NCBI GenBank assembly: GCA_002269645.1
Contig: NIVC01002597.1
Coordinates: forward strand, 1 to 35,683
Direction: 5' to 3'
Source: Macrostomum lignano
Taxonomy: Eukaryota
Length of the DNA: 35,683 nucleotides
This document shows, piece by piece, positions 11,740 through 22,708 of this stretch. The notes beneath the pieces were generated by a model, which was not told where the DNA came from, did no database searches, and worked only from the letters and a program-made list of their open reading frames with translations. The translations under genes were made by a program, and so were the position numbers. Positions within the stretch are counted from its first letter, which is position 1. Each line of letters starts with the position of its first letter.

Positions 11740-11740
11740 T
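11355..11740. repeat. Compound (GATA/GATG/GATT)n-(GACA/GGCA)n microsatellite next to the exon 3 acceptor
   Basis: Read directly. It produces the spurious SIYL ORF 11288-11749. Confidence 0.97.
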
Positions 11741-12861
11741 AAGGTGCATGAATAGATAAGACTCCGACTAGAGAAAAATCAACTGAGAATCAGGAAAAGA
11801 AAATGATCTGGGAAATTAAAAGGAAGGCCCATTGAAGAAGCACGCACAAAAACCGGGATTAAGAAGCAGCAAAGAAGCCGAAGCAGCGCTTTCATCTAAT
11901 TAATTTTACACAAGGCAGTTCGCCTATGCAGTGCATTTATGAAGCTTATTTTCAACCTTTTCTCTGACTTGATTAAGCTGCCCAATAATGAACAATTTTT
12001 CAGTTACAGCCAGCAAGTACAGTGCAAGGGATAAGCAAGCAGACACTGTTTGATAACGAAGAAGTTACCCAACTTAAGTCTAAAAACGGTAAAGCAGGAA
12101 ATCTCGCACGCATACTTATGCATCCCCTCACTGAGCTGAGCTCACAGAGATGATGCCTGATTAGTTCCTCACTACTTTCCCATCTCCCCAGTGCATACGA
12201 GATTACTATAGCGCCAAGAGTCTCTGAAGCGAAATAAACGCTTAAGCCGCTCTCTCTCCCGCCGCGGGTCCCCTCATCAACAGTAAAGCCCGTATAGTCG
12301 GGCTGGCAATAAAAGTACAAGCCTGTTGTAGACTTAAACTAACTGAGTAGACTGTACGTCTAACATGGGACCGGCTTCGATTATAATAGTAAATTAATAT
12401 ATGAAGCTAGTGATAAAATTTCGAGACGACTCTGGGTAAACGGCTAGAGCAATTATGGCTGTCTTTAAAGTTTTAAATCCCTCGCCATCTAATGATTTTT
12501 GAAATTGTCATATAGTATTCAAATCAGTGTTGAAATTCTCCTGATTATCAGCCATGGGCCCTAACAAGAGTGTGTCCATAGTTTCAGAGCTCTATTCATG
12601 CCGAATCTCTGCCGTACCTCTGCTCATTCAGCTATAAAACATGCCTTAAATACACTGAAGCAGGAGAGAAATTAATGCCGAACAATGTTAGCAATTGTCC
12701 CACGAATTTTATTGGCCTTAACTGAAGAAACTCTACTATAATAATAATAACTAAAGCAGACTTCTCACGATATTTTTATACGCACAAACGTTATTCTCTT
12801 GTCTAATATACTCGTAAATCGCGGGTCAGCTTAGCTTAGCTTATATGTGGATGGGGCGCAT

Positions 12862-13038
12862 TAAGCGCGCATTTAAAATGCACGAGTCTGGCATAAGCGC
12901 GCGTTTAAAATGCACGAGTCTGGCATAAGCGCGCGTTTAAAATGCACGAGTCTGGCATAAGCGCGCGTTTAAAATGCACGAGTCTGGCATAAGCGCGCGT
13001 TTAAAATTCACGAGTCTGGCATAAGCGCGCATTTAAAA
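12862..13038. repeat. 32-bp minisatellite, 5.5 copies (taagcgcgcgtttaaaatgcacgagtctggca)
   Basis: Units start at 12862, 12894, 12926, 12958, 12990 and 13022 (partial). Confidence 0.95.
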
Positions 13039-13590
13039 TCGAACTTCATGTAAAATTGTGCTCTTCTGTCTCAGTCGTACAAATTGCCTGCGCGCTTCTT
13101 TACAAACTTTCAAACCCTTTCCTAGAACCCAAACCATAATAACCCTCACTGCCTAAATTGCCGACAGCCACATGACTGACATTCGTAACTACTTGGATGT
13201 AATTTTGAATTAAAATTTACAAATTCAAACTTTTTACGCTGCCCTTAATATTGAAAGTTTCATTCAACGCGAATTTATCGAGTCAACCTGCTAGCACTGG
13301 GCACCCAGCTGTAGCCAAAAGCCACAAGTGTACATTCAGGCTAGTTAAGATAAACATTAAACTATAGTCAGCAGTGTTGATTGAAACCAGACTAAATTAA
13401 AAGCCTCTAAACATAGAAGAAACTTGAAGATTTTCCACCAGAAAGTGCTGCTGCGGCTGCAAATAGTTTCCGGAGTGGGGCTTAGAAAACAAAGCCAGGG
13501 TCACAAGCAGAGCCTGTAGGTCTGTACAATCGTTCATTGGTAAGAACTGCGTAAATCAATCAAGTCAGACATGTGTTTCACTTCAATTTG

Positions 13591-13696
13591 CTCAATGGGG
13601 GAGTTGCTGAAATGCCATGGCTCAATGGGGGAGTTGCTGAGATGCCATGGATCAATGGGGGAGCTGCTGAAATGCCATGGCTCAATGGGGGAGTTG
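13591..13696. repeat. 30-bp minisatellite, 3.5 copies (ctcaatgggggagttgctgaaatgccatgg)
   Basis: Read directly. Begins about 30 nt into the intron from the exon 2 donor. Confidence 0.9.
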
Positions 13697-13728
13697 AATA
13701 TTAAAATCGAAGCCAGCTCGCGTCTCAC

Positions 13729-14280
13729 CTGAAACGGAGCCTTGAACCAAATAGGCGCGGTCACAATCAGCACCTTCTTCAGCCTGGCGGGATAATTGCC
13801 CTTGAGCATATTAAGTATCCGAATGCTCAAATCGTAGTCAAAGTTGCCGTACTTGGAGCCGGTCATGTCGTAGACGAACACGAGGCCGTTCTCCTGGGCC
13901 GAGTCGACGGCTAGGGCGGCGTCCAGCTGAAAGATGAGGCTCTTCAGGGTGTCCCGGTGCGTGGTCTCGGGTGGCCGGTGCCTGCAGGCGGTGAACAGGG
14001 CCACTACTGAGTCACTGGAACTCTGTCCGGGCACGATGGTGAGCTTCTCGGACAGCAGTTCAGCTCGGACGCCTTCGTCGCAGGGATCGATGTGCTCAAA
14101 GTATTCAACGCGGCGGAGTTTCTCGTGCGCAGCAAATAAATCAACGGCTCGTTGAACGTCCCACTTTCTGGCGCGGAGAAATTTTAACGAGACGGCGCGC
14201 TGTTGCGACTCGGACAGGAGGCGGAGGCGGTCGCCGCAGTGCGGGATTTGCCGGATCCGGTCGGCAAAGTTTTGCAGAGC
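13729..14280 (-). CDS. PTPN9: PTPN9 exon 2 (CRAL-TRIO N and Sec14 lipid-binding domain)
   Basis: Open from ALQNFADRI through KFLRARKWDVQRAVDLF, ENGLVFVYDM and KGNYPARLKKVLIVTAPIWFKAPFQ, close to PTP-MEG2. Acceptor ctaag|GCT at 14281/14280 and donor cag|gtgaga at 13729/13728. Length 552 nt. No in-frame ATG before an upstream stop, so an earlier exon is required. Confidence 0.93.
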
Positions 14281-15643
14281 CTTAGCAGTTTTAAAATTAG
14301 ATTTATAGTTATTTTACAATTGAGTAAACGGCGGGAGTAACTTAACGCCTCGTCATGTTATTAGCAAGCTCAAGTCTAAAATCTTATATCGAGGTTTTTG
14401 TTGGTTATCCAATTAACAGGTATGGCACTGAATTCACACCCAGAACCCAATTCACAAGTTCAATTTTTTAAATTTTATTTCTGAATTTTGCATTTGTTTG
14501 ACAAAAAATGCCAGATTATTCATACTTATACTTAATCTTACTTAATATAATTGATAATTTGTAAAAAAAAGTGAGGTAGCTGCAAAAAGGCAATATCATT
14601 TAAACTAAGCATCCTTACAAAAAAGGATATATCTGAACATAACTACCTGTGACAAATATTTTAATAGATTTATAATAATATAATACCTTTTTAATCACAA
14701 CAAAAAAAGAATATATTTATTAGCTATCTATTAAACATACACCAAAAACATTTTATTTGGCTATATTTTAGTCACACTTTTGAAATCTTTAACAAAATAA
14801 TACATGTAGTCTCAGACAGTTATGTTCAGATGTGTCTAATTAAAATTAAAATCGGTATCTGAAATTAAAGATAAACAAATTTTTAATCTAAAAAATGAAG
14901 CTTCGAGTCAAAATTTAATAAAATGTGATTAAATAGTAGGAATAACTATATTTATTTTATGATAAAGGAGCAAACCTATTTTATTTTTTTTATAAAAAAT
15001 CTTAGGCATCTTATATGTGACCATAAATAAATACATAGTCAATGCATTTATGAATAATAAATTATGAATAATAATGAATTTTATATATATACATAGGCAC
15101 TATGATATACATAGATATACATAGATCCTATGGAAGGATCCATAGCACAAGCTATCACAAAGACATTACTGATAATTTAACTAATAACTTTATAAAGTAT
15201 AAGTTTAAAATTCTTTAATACATTGGGATTATTCAAAGAAATAGAAGATAAACCCTAGAACAAGTTAGTGGGATATTTAAAGATGGAGGTAAAACCATTG
15301 ATGCCTATTAGAGTGTATATACTATGATGGGATATCTAGATCTTATATCTAACAGTATCATAACATATTGTTATAGGATATATATCCTACATTTACCAAA
15401 GAGTGTTTTTACCTAGCTTATCTAGCTAGTATAAATTATGATAAACTGAGTATAATATAAACTAAATATAAACCATGATAAATTAAATTCTGTGAAGATA
15501 GTCTTAATTTTTATGCAAAGATTCCATCTTGGCTTATCTATAGTTGCAGGCATGGCTTTAGTAGAATCCCAAGAAAAAACATGAAAGGCCTTTTTTAATA
15601 ATTATCACTTACATTTTTAAAGGCAACTGTTATTTCTCTAGTG

Positions 15644-15712
15644 ACTAGACAAATAGCAACATGGTTATTTGTCCAGTTACTAGACAAATAGCCATCTTAC
15701 TATTTGTCTAGT
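15644..15712. other. Two tandem palindromic 13-8-13 bp sites (arm actagacaaatag)
   Basis: 15644-15677: actagacaaatag-caacatgg-ttatttgtccagt. 15679-15712: actagacaaatag-ccatctta-ctatttgtctagt (perfect arms). Confidence 0.85.
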
Positions 15713-16419
15713 CCATAGTCCCAAGTGTACAACATATATGCCAGAATTTTTTTTTGCTCCGCATGTTGCATGCAGAAGGATTGGATCAAATCTAACAAGT
15801 GTGCGCCAATGGACCCTAGGGGTGGGGAAGAGGGTTGCAAGTTGGGGTGCTGCAACAATCAAGCTTTTTTGTGTTCCAAATTTTATCTTACTCTGCAGAA
15901 AAACAACACTTTTAGAAATGCTTACCATAGGAAATGACCTAAATATATTTATTTGCTTTTTAGTTAATAAACTATCTATGCCTTTTTTAACATTTATTAT
16001 GATACTCAATTTTCATCTTTTTTGTGGTAAAAATTTGAATTTTAATTCACTATTTCTTAACTTTATACATACAAAATGTTATACAAAAATAATTAGTTTT
16101 TTGCTTTATAACTTTATCTAAATAAAATCTAATATCTAAATCACTATTCTAGTAGTACTGATACAACATTTATAATCTGAAGCTGTGTATAAAGTAATGT
16201 TCAGCATATACCAAAAATGGGTCATTTTTTCAAGGTACATATAGACTATTCCAAACTATAATAATAGCTAGCTCTAAATATGGTGCTATGCAAAGCATAC
16301 CAAAAAAACTTTGCCAACTCCTTGATGCATGCTATGCATGTGGTATTAAACTGCCTTAGACCTTTTTATACACAAGAATTTCCTCTAAAAACAGCATATT
16401 TAAGAGTATGGTATTGATT

Positions 16420-16819
16420 CAGTAGCATAGCTAAGGGGGAAAGATACAGGGATATATCCCTCTCCCTATTTTGATGATTTATAGGAAATGAAAATTAGGT
16501 TTTTTTAAAAATGCAAAATAAAGTGGCTTATACTTAGCAAAATGGCTAAAAGTAGGTCTATTTCACTTGTAAATTACTAATAAAATGTTTTAAACAATAT
16601 TTCTGCAAATATCTAATCCTTAAAATGTCTAGTCAGGATAGACATCTACTGGCTATATTCTAATTTTAACAAAATAAAGTTTTTTGCTTAAAAAACAAGA
16701 TTTGATACTTGTATATTGCAAATTTTAAGCAAAAATGCAAAAAACTATTTTATTAGTTTATAATAAATTTTGTCCCTAAAAGTTATCTCCCCCTTTTCAA
16801 AATCCTAGCTATGCCATTG
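16420..16819. mobile_element. Non-autonomous TIR element (MITE) of the CAGTGGCGTAGC-like type
   Basis: Left end cagtagcatagcta versus right-end reverse complement caatggcatagcta, with G/C-run subterminal tracts. TSD not resolved. Confidence 0.5.
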
Positions 16820-17034
16820 AATCTGGTTAATACCTTTAGATAGGCCTTTTTCCTATTTTAATTAATTTGTTATACTACTATAAGCCTAGTATATTCAAAT
16901 ATATACTAGCAATTTTCGCCCCCCCCCAATGGGGGACATCTTGATAGAATCCTTGTTCTTTACAAATAACAAATAGATAGCAAAAAAGCCTTTATAAGAA
17001 AACAACAGACATTCACTCTAAAAACAAAACATCC

Positions 17035-17500
17035 CAAGACAGCAAGCATCCCCAGACAGCATTCAAGCATCGATCACCAAAAAGCAAGCATCCCCCAGAC
17101 TGCAAGCATATCCCAGATAGCAAGCATCCCCCAGATAGCAAGCATCTCCCAGATAGCAAGCATTCCCCAGATAGCAAGCACCCCCCGGATAGCAAGCATC
17201 CCCCAGATAGCAAGCAACCCTAGATAGCAAGCATAACCTAGATACAAAGAGACCTTATAGATATCTAGCACCCCTCTCAGATAGCAAGTACCCCCCAACC
17301 CCCCCCCCCCCTAAGAGCAAGCATCTCCCAATAGCAAGTTACCCTAGTAGCAAGCATCCTTCCGATAGCAAGTATCCCTCAGATAGCAAGTATCCCTCAG
17401 ATAGCAAGCATCCCTCAGATAGCAAGTATCCCTCAGATAGCAAGCATCCCACTAATAGCAAGTATCTATCCTTAAATAGCAAGCATCCACCAGAGAACAA
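17035..17500. repeat. 18-bp satellite (gatagcaagcatccccca) inside H4
   Basis: caagc at 17121 and 17139. Related short runs end each module of H1 and H2. Confidence 0.9.
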
Positions 17501-17529
17501 GTAGCTAGTGCAACAATTTCCTTAGCTTT

Positions 17530-18170
17530 TTAGTGGCTCCATTTTGTTTGGCATGACACTTTTTTATGTTTGAAATGGTGTTTCTGTTATGTTTGAATTG
17601 GTGGCACTTTATTGTTTGACATGGCAGTTCTTCTATGTTTGACATGGTGTCTCTTCTATGTTTGACATGCTGGCTCTTTTGTGTTTGACATGATAGCTCT
17701 TTAATGTTTGACATGGTGGCTATTCTATGTTTGACATGATAGCACTTTAATGTTTGATATGGTGGCTCTTCTATGTTTGCCATGGCGGCCCTTTTACGTT
17801 TGAAATGGTGGCTCTTTAATGTTTGACATGGAAACATGTGTATATGTTTGACATGATGGCTCTTTAATGTTTTACATGGAGTCACATATATGATTGACAT
17901 GGTGGCTTTTTTATGTTTGACATGGTGGCTCTTTTATGTTTGACATGGTGGCTCTTTAATGTTTGACACAGAGTCACGTATATGTTTGACATGGTGGCTC
18001 CTTAATGTTTGACATGGTGGCTCTTTAATGTTTGACATGGAGTCACGTATATGTTTGACATGGTGGCTCTTTTATGTTTGGCATGGTGGCTCTTTTATGT
18101 TTGGAATGGTGGCTCTTTTATGTTTGACATGGTGACTCTTTTGTGTTTGGCATTGCACTTCTTTTATGTT
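17530..18170. repeat. 23-bp satellite (gtttgacatggtggctctttaat) inside H4
   Basis: Unit starts at 17915, 17938 and 17961. Confidence 0.9.
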
Positions 18171-18221
18171 TAGCATTTTGTATTTTTATGGTATTTTAAT
18201 AAAAAATCATTTTGCACTACT

Positions 18222-18280
18222 AAGATTCGAACCTAGGTCACTACATTAGCAGTCTAGTCTGTTTGCATCTAGGCTATCTC
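18222..18280 (-). pseudogene. Degenerate tRNA-Ser(GCT)-like or SINE-head fragment, copy 1
   Basis: Minus strand gagatagcctagatgcaaacagactagactgctaatgtagtgacctaggttcgaatc: A-box-like TAGCCTAGATG, CT-GCT-AA loop, B box GGTTCGAATC. Confidence 0.55.
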
Positions 18281-18855
18281 TTTTCAATTGGAGAACATGA
18301 ACTGTTGCCCTTATAATTCAATTCTTATAGCAATTCAGTTAGAATAAAAAGTTATAACATAATCAATTTCTCAATCAGCCAGTATCAGTCTCAATTCAAG
18401 TTAGCAATATTGGTTACGCAATGGAAATCAAGTTGTGTGTGTATTTCTTTGGCACTGTTTTAAGTTGTTGTGATGTAATCTTTATCAGAATTGAAATTCA
18501 GTTAGTCAGGTTTTTCTTTAGTATTCTTATAATGCATTTCAAGTCGAAAATATTGCTTGACCTTTGAAAAAAGCATGTTTTTTGAATATTTAATCCCTTG
18601 AAGATTGAGCAATTTCTTAGCCAAGATGCATGTACCATCCCAGGAAAATTTCTGATCGAATGGTGCAAGGTTGAAGAAAATTGGTTGAGGAGTTTTTTTA
18701 AAAATCTATTTCACATGTACAGACAACTCATTTTTAGTATATAATTTTTAGTATATTGGAGTTTTGATTTTTTGTATATTGGAAAGGAAGGAAGTTTAGA
18801 TTTTTAGTATATTGGAAGGTAAGTACATAGTTTAGATTTTTAGTATATTGGTGGA

Positions 18856-19236
18856 CTAGCTAATTAGAGCTGTCTGCCAGCATCCAGATTTTTATTATAC
18901 CCCCCTTAATTGGTTATACAAGTTAAATAGAGTAATTATCTGGGCAGTGGGGTGCAATGTGTTTTCTTATCAGCTGGCATCAATGCAATCATTAAAATTG
19001 GGTGTGAATTCTCTTGCTGTGCGCAGGCTGATAAAATTTACATTTAAAAAGCTCATTTAAAACAGTTTTTTGAATATTTAATACCTTTAGCAATGAGCTA
19101 GAGCTTAATAAAAATGTATGTACCATCCTGGGCACATTTGACATCTTTTGGTGAAAAGGGGGTGAAAATTGGTTAGGTCATTTGGGAGATAATTGATTGC
19201 CCACGTACAAGCAAGATTTTCATTTTTAGTATATTA
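18856..19236 (-). mobile_element. Short Helitron-like element H3 (~380 bp)
   Basis: 5' T(--)aatatactaaaa abuts the CTAG of H2. 3' hairpin gctg-gcaga-cagc (18881-18869), 9 nt, then CTAG (18859-18856) abutting the TC of H4. Its 5' part resembles those of H1, H2 and H4. Confidence 0.55.
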
Positions 19237-19251
19237 CTAGCCAATTCCAAC

Positions 19252-19843
19252 CCCTATAGGAAAAAGTTGTAAAACCGCGGACGGTGTCCGGCGCACTTTT
19301 GAAATTTTTCTAAAGCGCAGCGCGCGCACAGGCGCATCGCCTGCGCGCGCTGCCCTTTCTTACTGGCTGCTGCTCTAGCAAATACATATACATGGAAATG
19401 GGTATAATACCTCTGTTGAAGGGGCTTATACACTCGTAATTTATTAAGCTTAGAGATATTCCGAAAATTCAATTTCAATTTTCCAAAATTTGAAATTTTT
19501 TAAAGCGAATTTCAATTTTGAAAAAAATTTAAAAAGTGAAAATTTTGGTAGTGTCTAAAAAGTCGCTAAAAATAAGCTACTTTTTACTACATATACATGT
19601 ATTACTTCTTGCTTAAGCAGTAAATTGAAAGTAGAAAAGTGAGTGTTGATCATACTAAACTTTGTTTTTCTAAATTATGATTTCAGGAAATTTCAATTTT
19701 GATTTTGGAAAGTTAGCGAATTTTGATTTCGACGAAACTGCAGATCTTTCGGAACATCTCTAATAATCCTAAAGCGCGGTAAAATAGTTTGACTCTTTTC
19801 TAAAGCGCGCGTCCGCGGGTTTTTAACATTTATTCCAATAGGG
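19252..19843. mobile_element. 592-bp non-autonomous TIR element with an 8-bp TSD
   Basis: TSD attccaac at 19244-19251 and 19844-19851. Imperfect ~33-bp TIRs: ccctataggaaaaagttgtaaaaccgcggacg / ccctattggaataaatgttaaaaacccgcggacg. The uninterrupted site is seen at 20984 and 23600. Confidence 0.85.
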
Positions 19844-22109
19844 ATTCCAACCCCCGTTGGGGCTTTCCGTCCAAACTCCAATCACAGTTTTCCCCATTCA
19901 CAAAATCCCGATGCAAAAAATCTCACATGCAAAGAATCCCCTATCCAAAGAACCCCCATCGATAGAATCACCGATCTGAGGAATTCCCCTTTCAAGGAAT
20001 CCTCCCATCTGAAGAACTCCCCATCCAATGAATCCCCTACTCAAGAAATCCCCATCCACAGAATCCCCATCCAAAGAATCCTCCATCCATCCATATCCAA
20101 AGAATCCCCCAAATAATTCATATCATAATCCCCATCCACAAAATCCCCATCCAAAGAATCCAAAGAATCTCCCATCCAAATAATCCCCCCTATTAATAGA
20201 ATTATTGATCAAAGAATTTCCTCATCTAAAGAACCCCGTCCATTCTAAAGAACTCTTTAGAAATTATTTCTTTTTAAAGAATTCTTTCCATTCTAAAGAA
20301 CCCCCGTCCAAATATCCCCCATCAAAAGAATCCTTTATTTAAAGAATCCCCAATTCAAAAAATCATCCATCGAAACAATGCCCCATCGAAGGAATTCCTC
20401 AATGAATCAAAGATATACATTAAAAGCATCCCTCATCCAAAGAATCATCAATCCATAGAATTTCCCCCAAGACTTACAATCTCAGTCATTCCGCCAAGCC
20501 TCAACACCTCAGAAATTTCCCCCAAGCATTGACATCTCAGCAATCCCGCCCCAAGCCTTGACATCTCAGAAATTCCCCAAGCCTTGACATCTGAGTAACT
20601 CTCCTTTCCAAGACTTGACATCTCAGGAACTCCCTCTTGAGCCTTGATTCCCCCCAAGCTTTGACATCTGAACAAGTCCCTCTTAAGCCTTGGCATCTCA
20701 GCAATTCTTCGACGGCGACAAGATTAGACATCTCAGCAATTTACCCCCCCCCCCCTAAGACTTGACATCTCAGCAATTCTCCTCACAAGCCTTGGCATCT
20801 CAGCAAGTCTTTCTTTAGGTAAGATTTTATATACATGTATCTTAATAATTCCCCTGTAAATCTTGACATCTTAGAATTCTCTTCCGAGCAAGCATCCCCC
20901 AAGAGCAAGCATCCTTCTGATAGCAAGCATCCCTTGATAGAAAGTACCCCCAGCAAGATTAGTGAAACAATTTCCTCAGCTAGCCAATTCCAACCCCCGT
21001 TGGGGCTTTTCGTCCAAACTCCAACCACAGTTTTCCTACACAATAAAATTACACCCAACTGAATCTTCCATATAAAGAATCTCCCATCCAAAGAATCCAC
21101 CACCCATAAAATCCACGATACAAAGAATCTCACATGCAAAGAATCCCCCATCCAAAAAACCTCCCATCGATAGAATCCCCTATCCGAAGACTCATCTAAA
21201 GAATCCCCGTCCAAACAATCCCATATCCAAAAGGATCCCTTTATCGAATGAATCCTTCATCTAAAGAATCCCCCATTCAAAGAACCCTCTATTGAAAGAA
21301 TACCCCATCGAAGGAATTTCCCAATGAATCACCTATCCAAAGATATCCATTAGAAGCAGCCCTTGTGGAAAGAATCTCCAATCCATAGAATTCCCCCCAA
21401 GAATTGACATCTCAACAATTCCCCCCAAGCCTTGACACCTTAGTAATTCTCTCTTAAGCTTTATTATCTCAGCAATTCGCTCTCAAGACCTGAAATTTCA
21501 GGAATTCCCCCCCTCCCAAGACTTGACGTCTCAGCAGTGCTCCAAGTAAGCCTTTGTATCTCAGTGATTCTCCCAGTAAGTTTTTACATCTTAGCAATTT
21601 CTCCCCATCCAAAGCCTTGCTATCTCAGCAGTTCCCCCTTAATCTTTGAAATCTCAGCAATTCCCCTCCCTCAAGACTTGACATTTTAGAAATTCCCCCA
21701 CGCCAGCAGTTCCCCCATTAAGCCTTTATATCTCAGAAATTCCCCCCAAGCCTTAACATCTCAGTGATTCCCCCAGTAAGTCTTCGCATCTTAGCAATTT
21801 CTCCTCATCCAAAGCCCTGACATCTTAGCGATTCCCCCCCCCACAACTTGACACCTCAGAAATTCCCCCACGGCTTGAAATCTCAGCAATTTCCTCTTAA
21901 GCCTTGACCTCTCAAAAATTCACCCAGTAAGCCTGCATATCTGAATAATTCCCCAGTATGTCTTGACATCTTAGCAATCTCCCCCAAGCAAGCATCCCTC
22001 CCCTAAGAGCAAGCATCCTTCCGATAGCAAGCATCCGCTGATAGAAAGTACCCCAAGCGAGATAGTAAAACAATTTCCTCAGCTAGTACAATAATTAATG
22101 TCTTATCTA

Positions 22110-22472
22110 TTTTTTATTAGAGGCAAGGGGGTTGTGTGCACCCTGGCGCAATTTAAGCGTCAATATTGGCACACAACCGGCGAGAGGCATTACTGCCCAT
22201 TCCGCTGACTCCCCTGAGCAGGCACACAAGCGCGCGGATACGTTACGCAGGCACACACTCACACAGGAGTGTACAGCGGCCCTAACTTTATCAATTGTTA
22301 GGCATGTACACTTCACTGCGCCTTGGGGGGGGTTGGCTCTCAAGGCCGTTAATTGCACAAGCAAGCCAAGCCAAGATTCCAATCCAGCCCCAAATTAATG
22401 TGGCTGCACTTGGAATCGAGCCTGGGTCGCGGCACACCAGAGCAGCTGTGCTACCGCTGGGCTACGGCCCCC
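22110..22472 (-). mobile_element. tRNA-derived SINE, 363 bp, full length
   Basis: Head GGGGGCCGTAGCCCAGCGG (A box) ... GGCTCGATTCC (B box). Tail ctaataaaaaa. 14-bp TSD taatgtcttatcta at 22096-22109 and 22473-22486. Empty site at 27500-27513. Confidence 0.92.
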
Positions 22473-22651
22473 TAATGTCTTATCTAGTGCAATAATCCTT
22501 TTTAAAATTGAAAGTTTAATAAAAATTTTTGAATATACTACATGAACGCTTGTAGCTTCTTCTCTTTTACTTGATTTACTTGACGTTTTTTAAAGTTTCC
22601 TTTAACTGTCTTGAAATTTAAATTTTTAATAAAAAACTTTTACAATCTAAA

Positions 22652-22708
22652 AATTTGAACCCACATCGCTGCATTAGCAGTTCAGTCTGTTCACCTCTAG
22701 GCTAGCTC
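22652..22708 (-). pseudogene. Degenerate tRNA-Ser(GCT)-like fragment, copy 2
   Basis: gagctagcctagaggtgaacagactgaactgctaatgcagcgatgtgggttcaaat, homologous to 18222-18280. Confidence 0.5.

Larger units (their letters stand above)
16906..18855 (-). mobile_element. Helitron-like non-autonomous element H4
   Basis: 5' TC at 18855-18854 followed by caccaatatactaaaa. 3' hairpin ccccc-att-ggggg (16935-16923), then CTAG (16909-16906) followed by host T. Carries 18-bp and 23-bp arrays and a tRNA-like fragment. Confidence 0.65.

Noticed and set aside
12287-12304. Hairpin agcccg-tatagt-cgggct as a Helitron terminator
   Set aside because: No CTRR at the expected distance on either strand.
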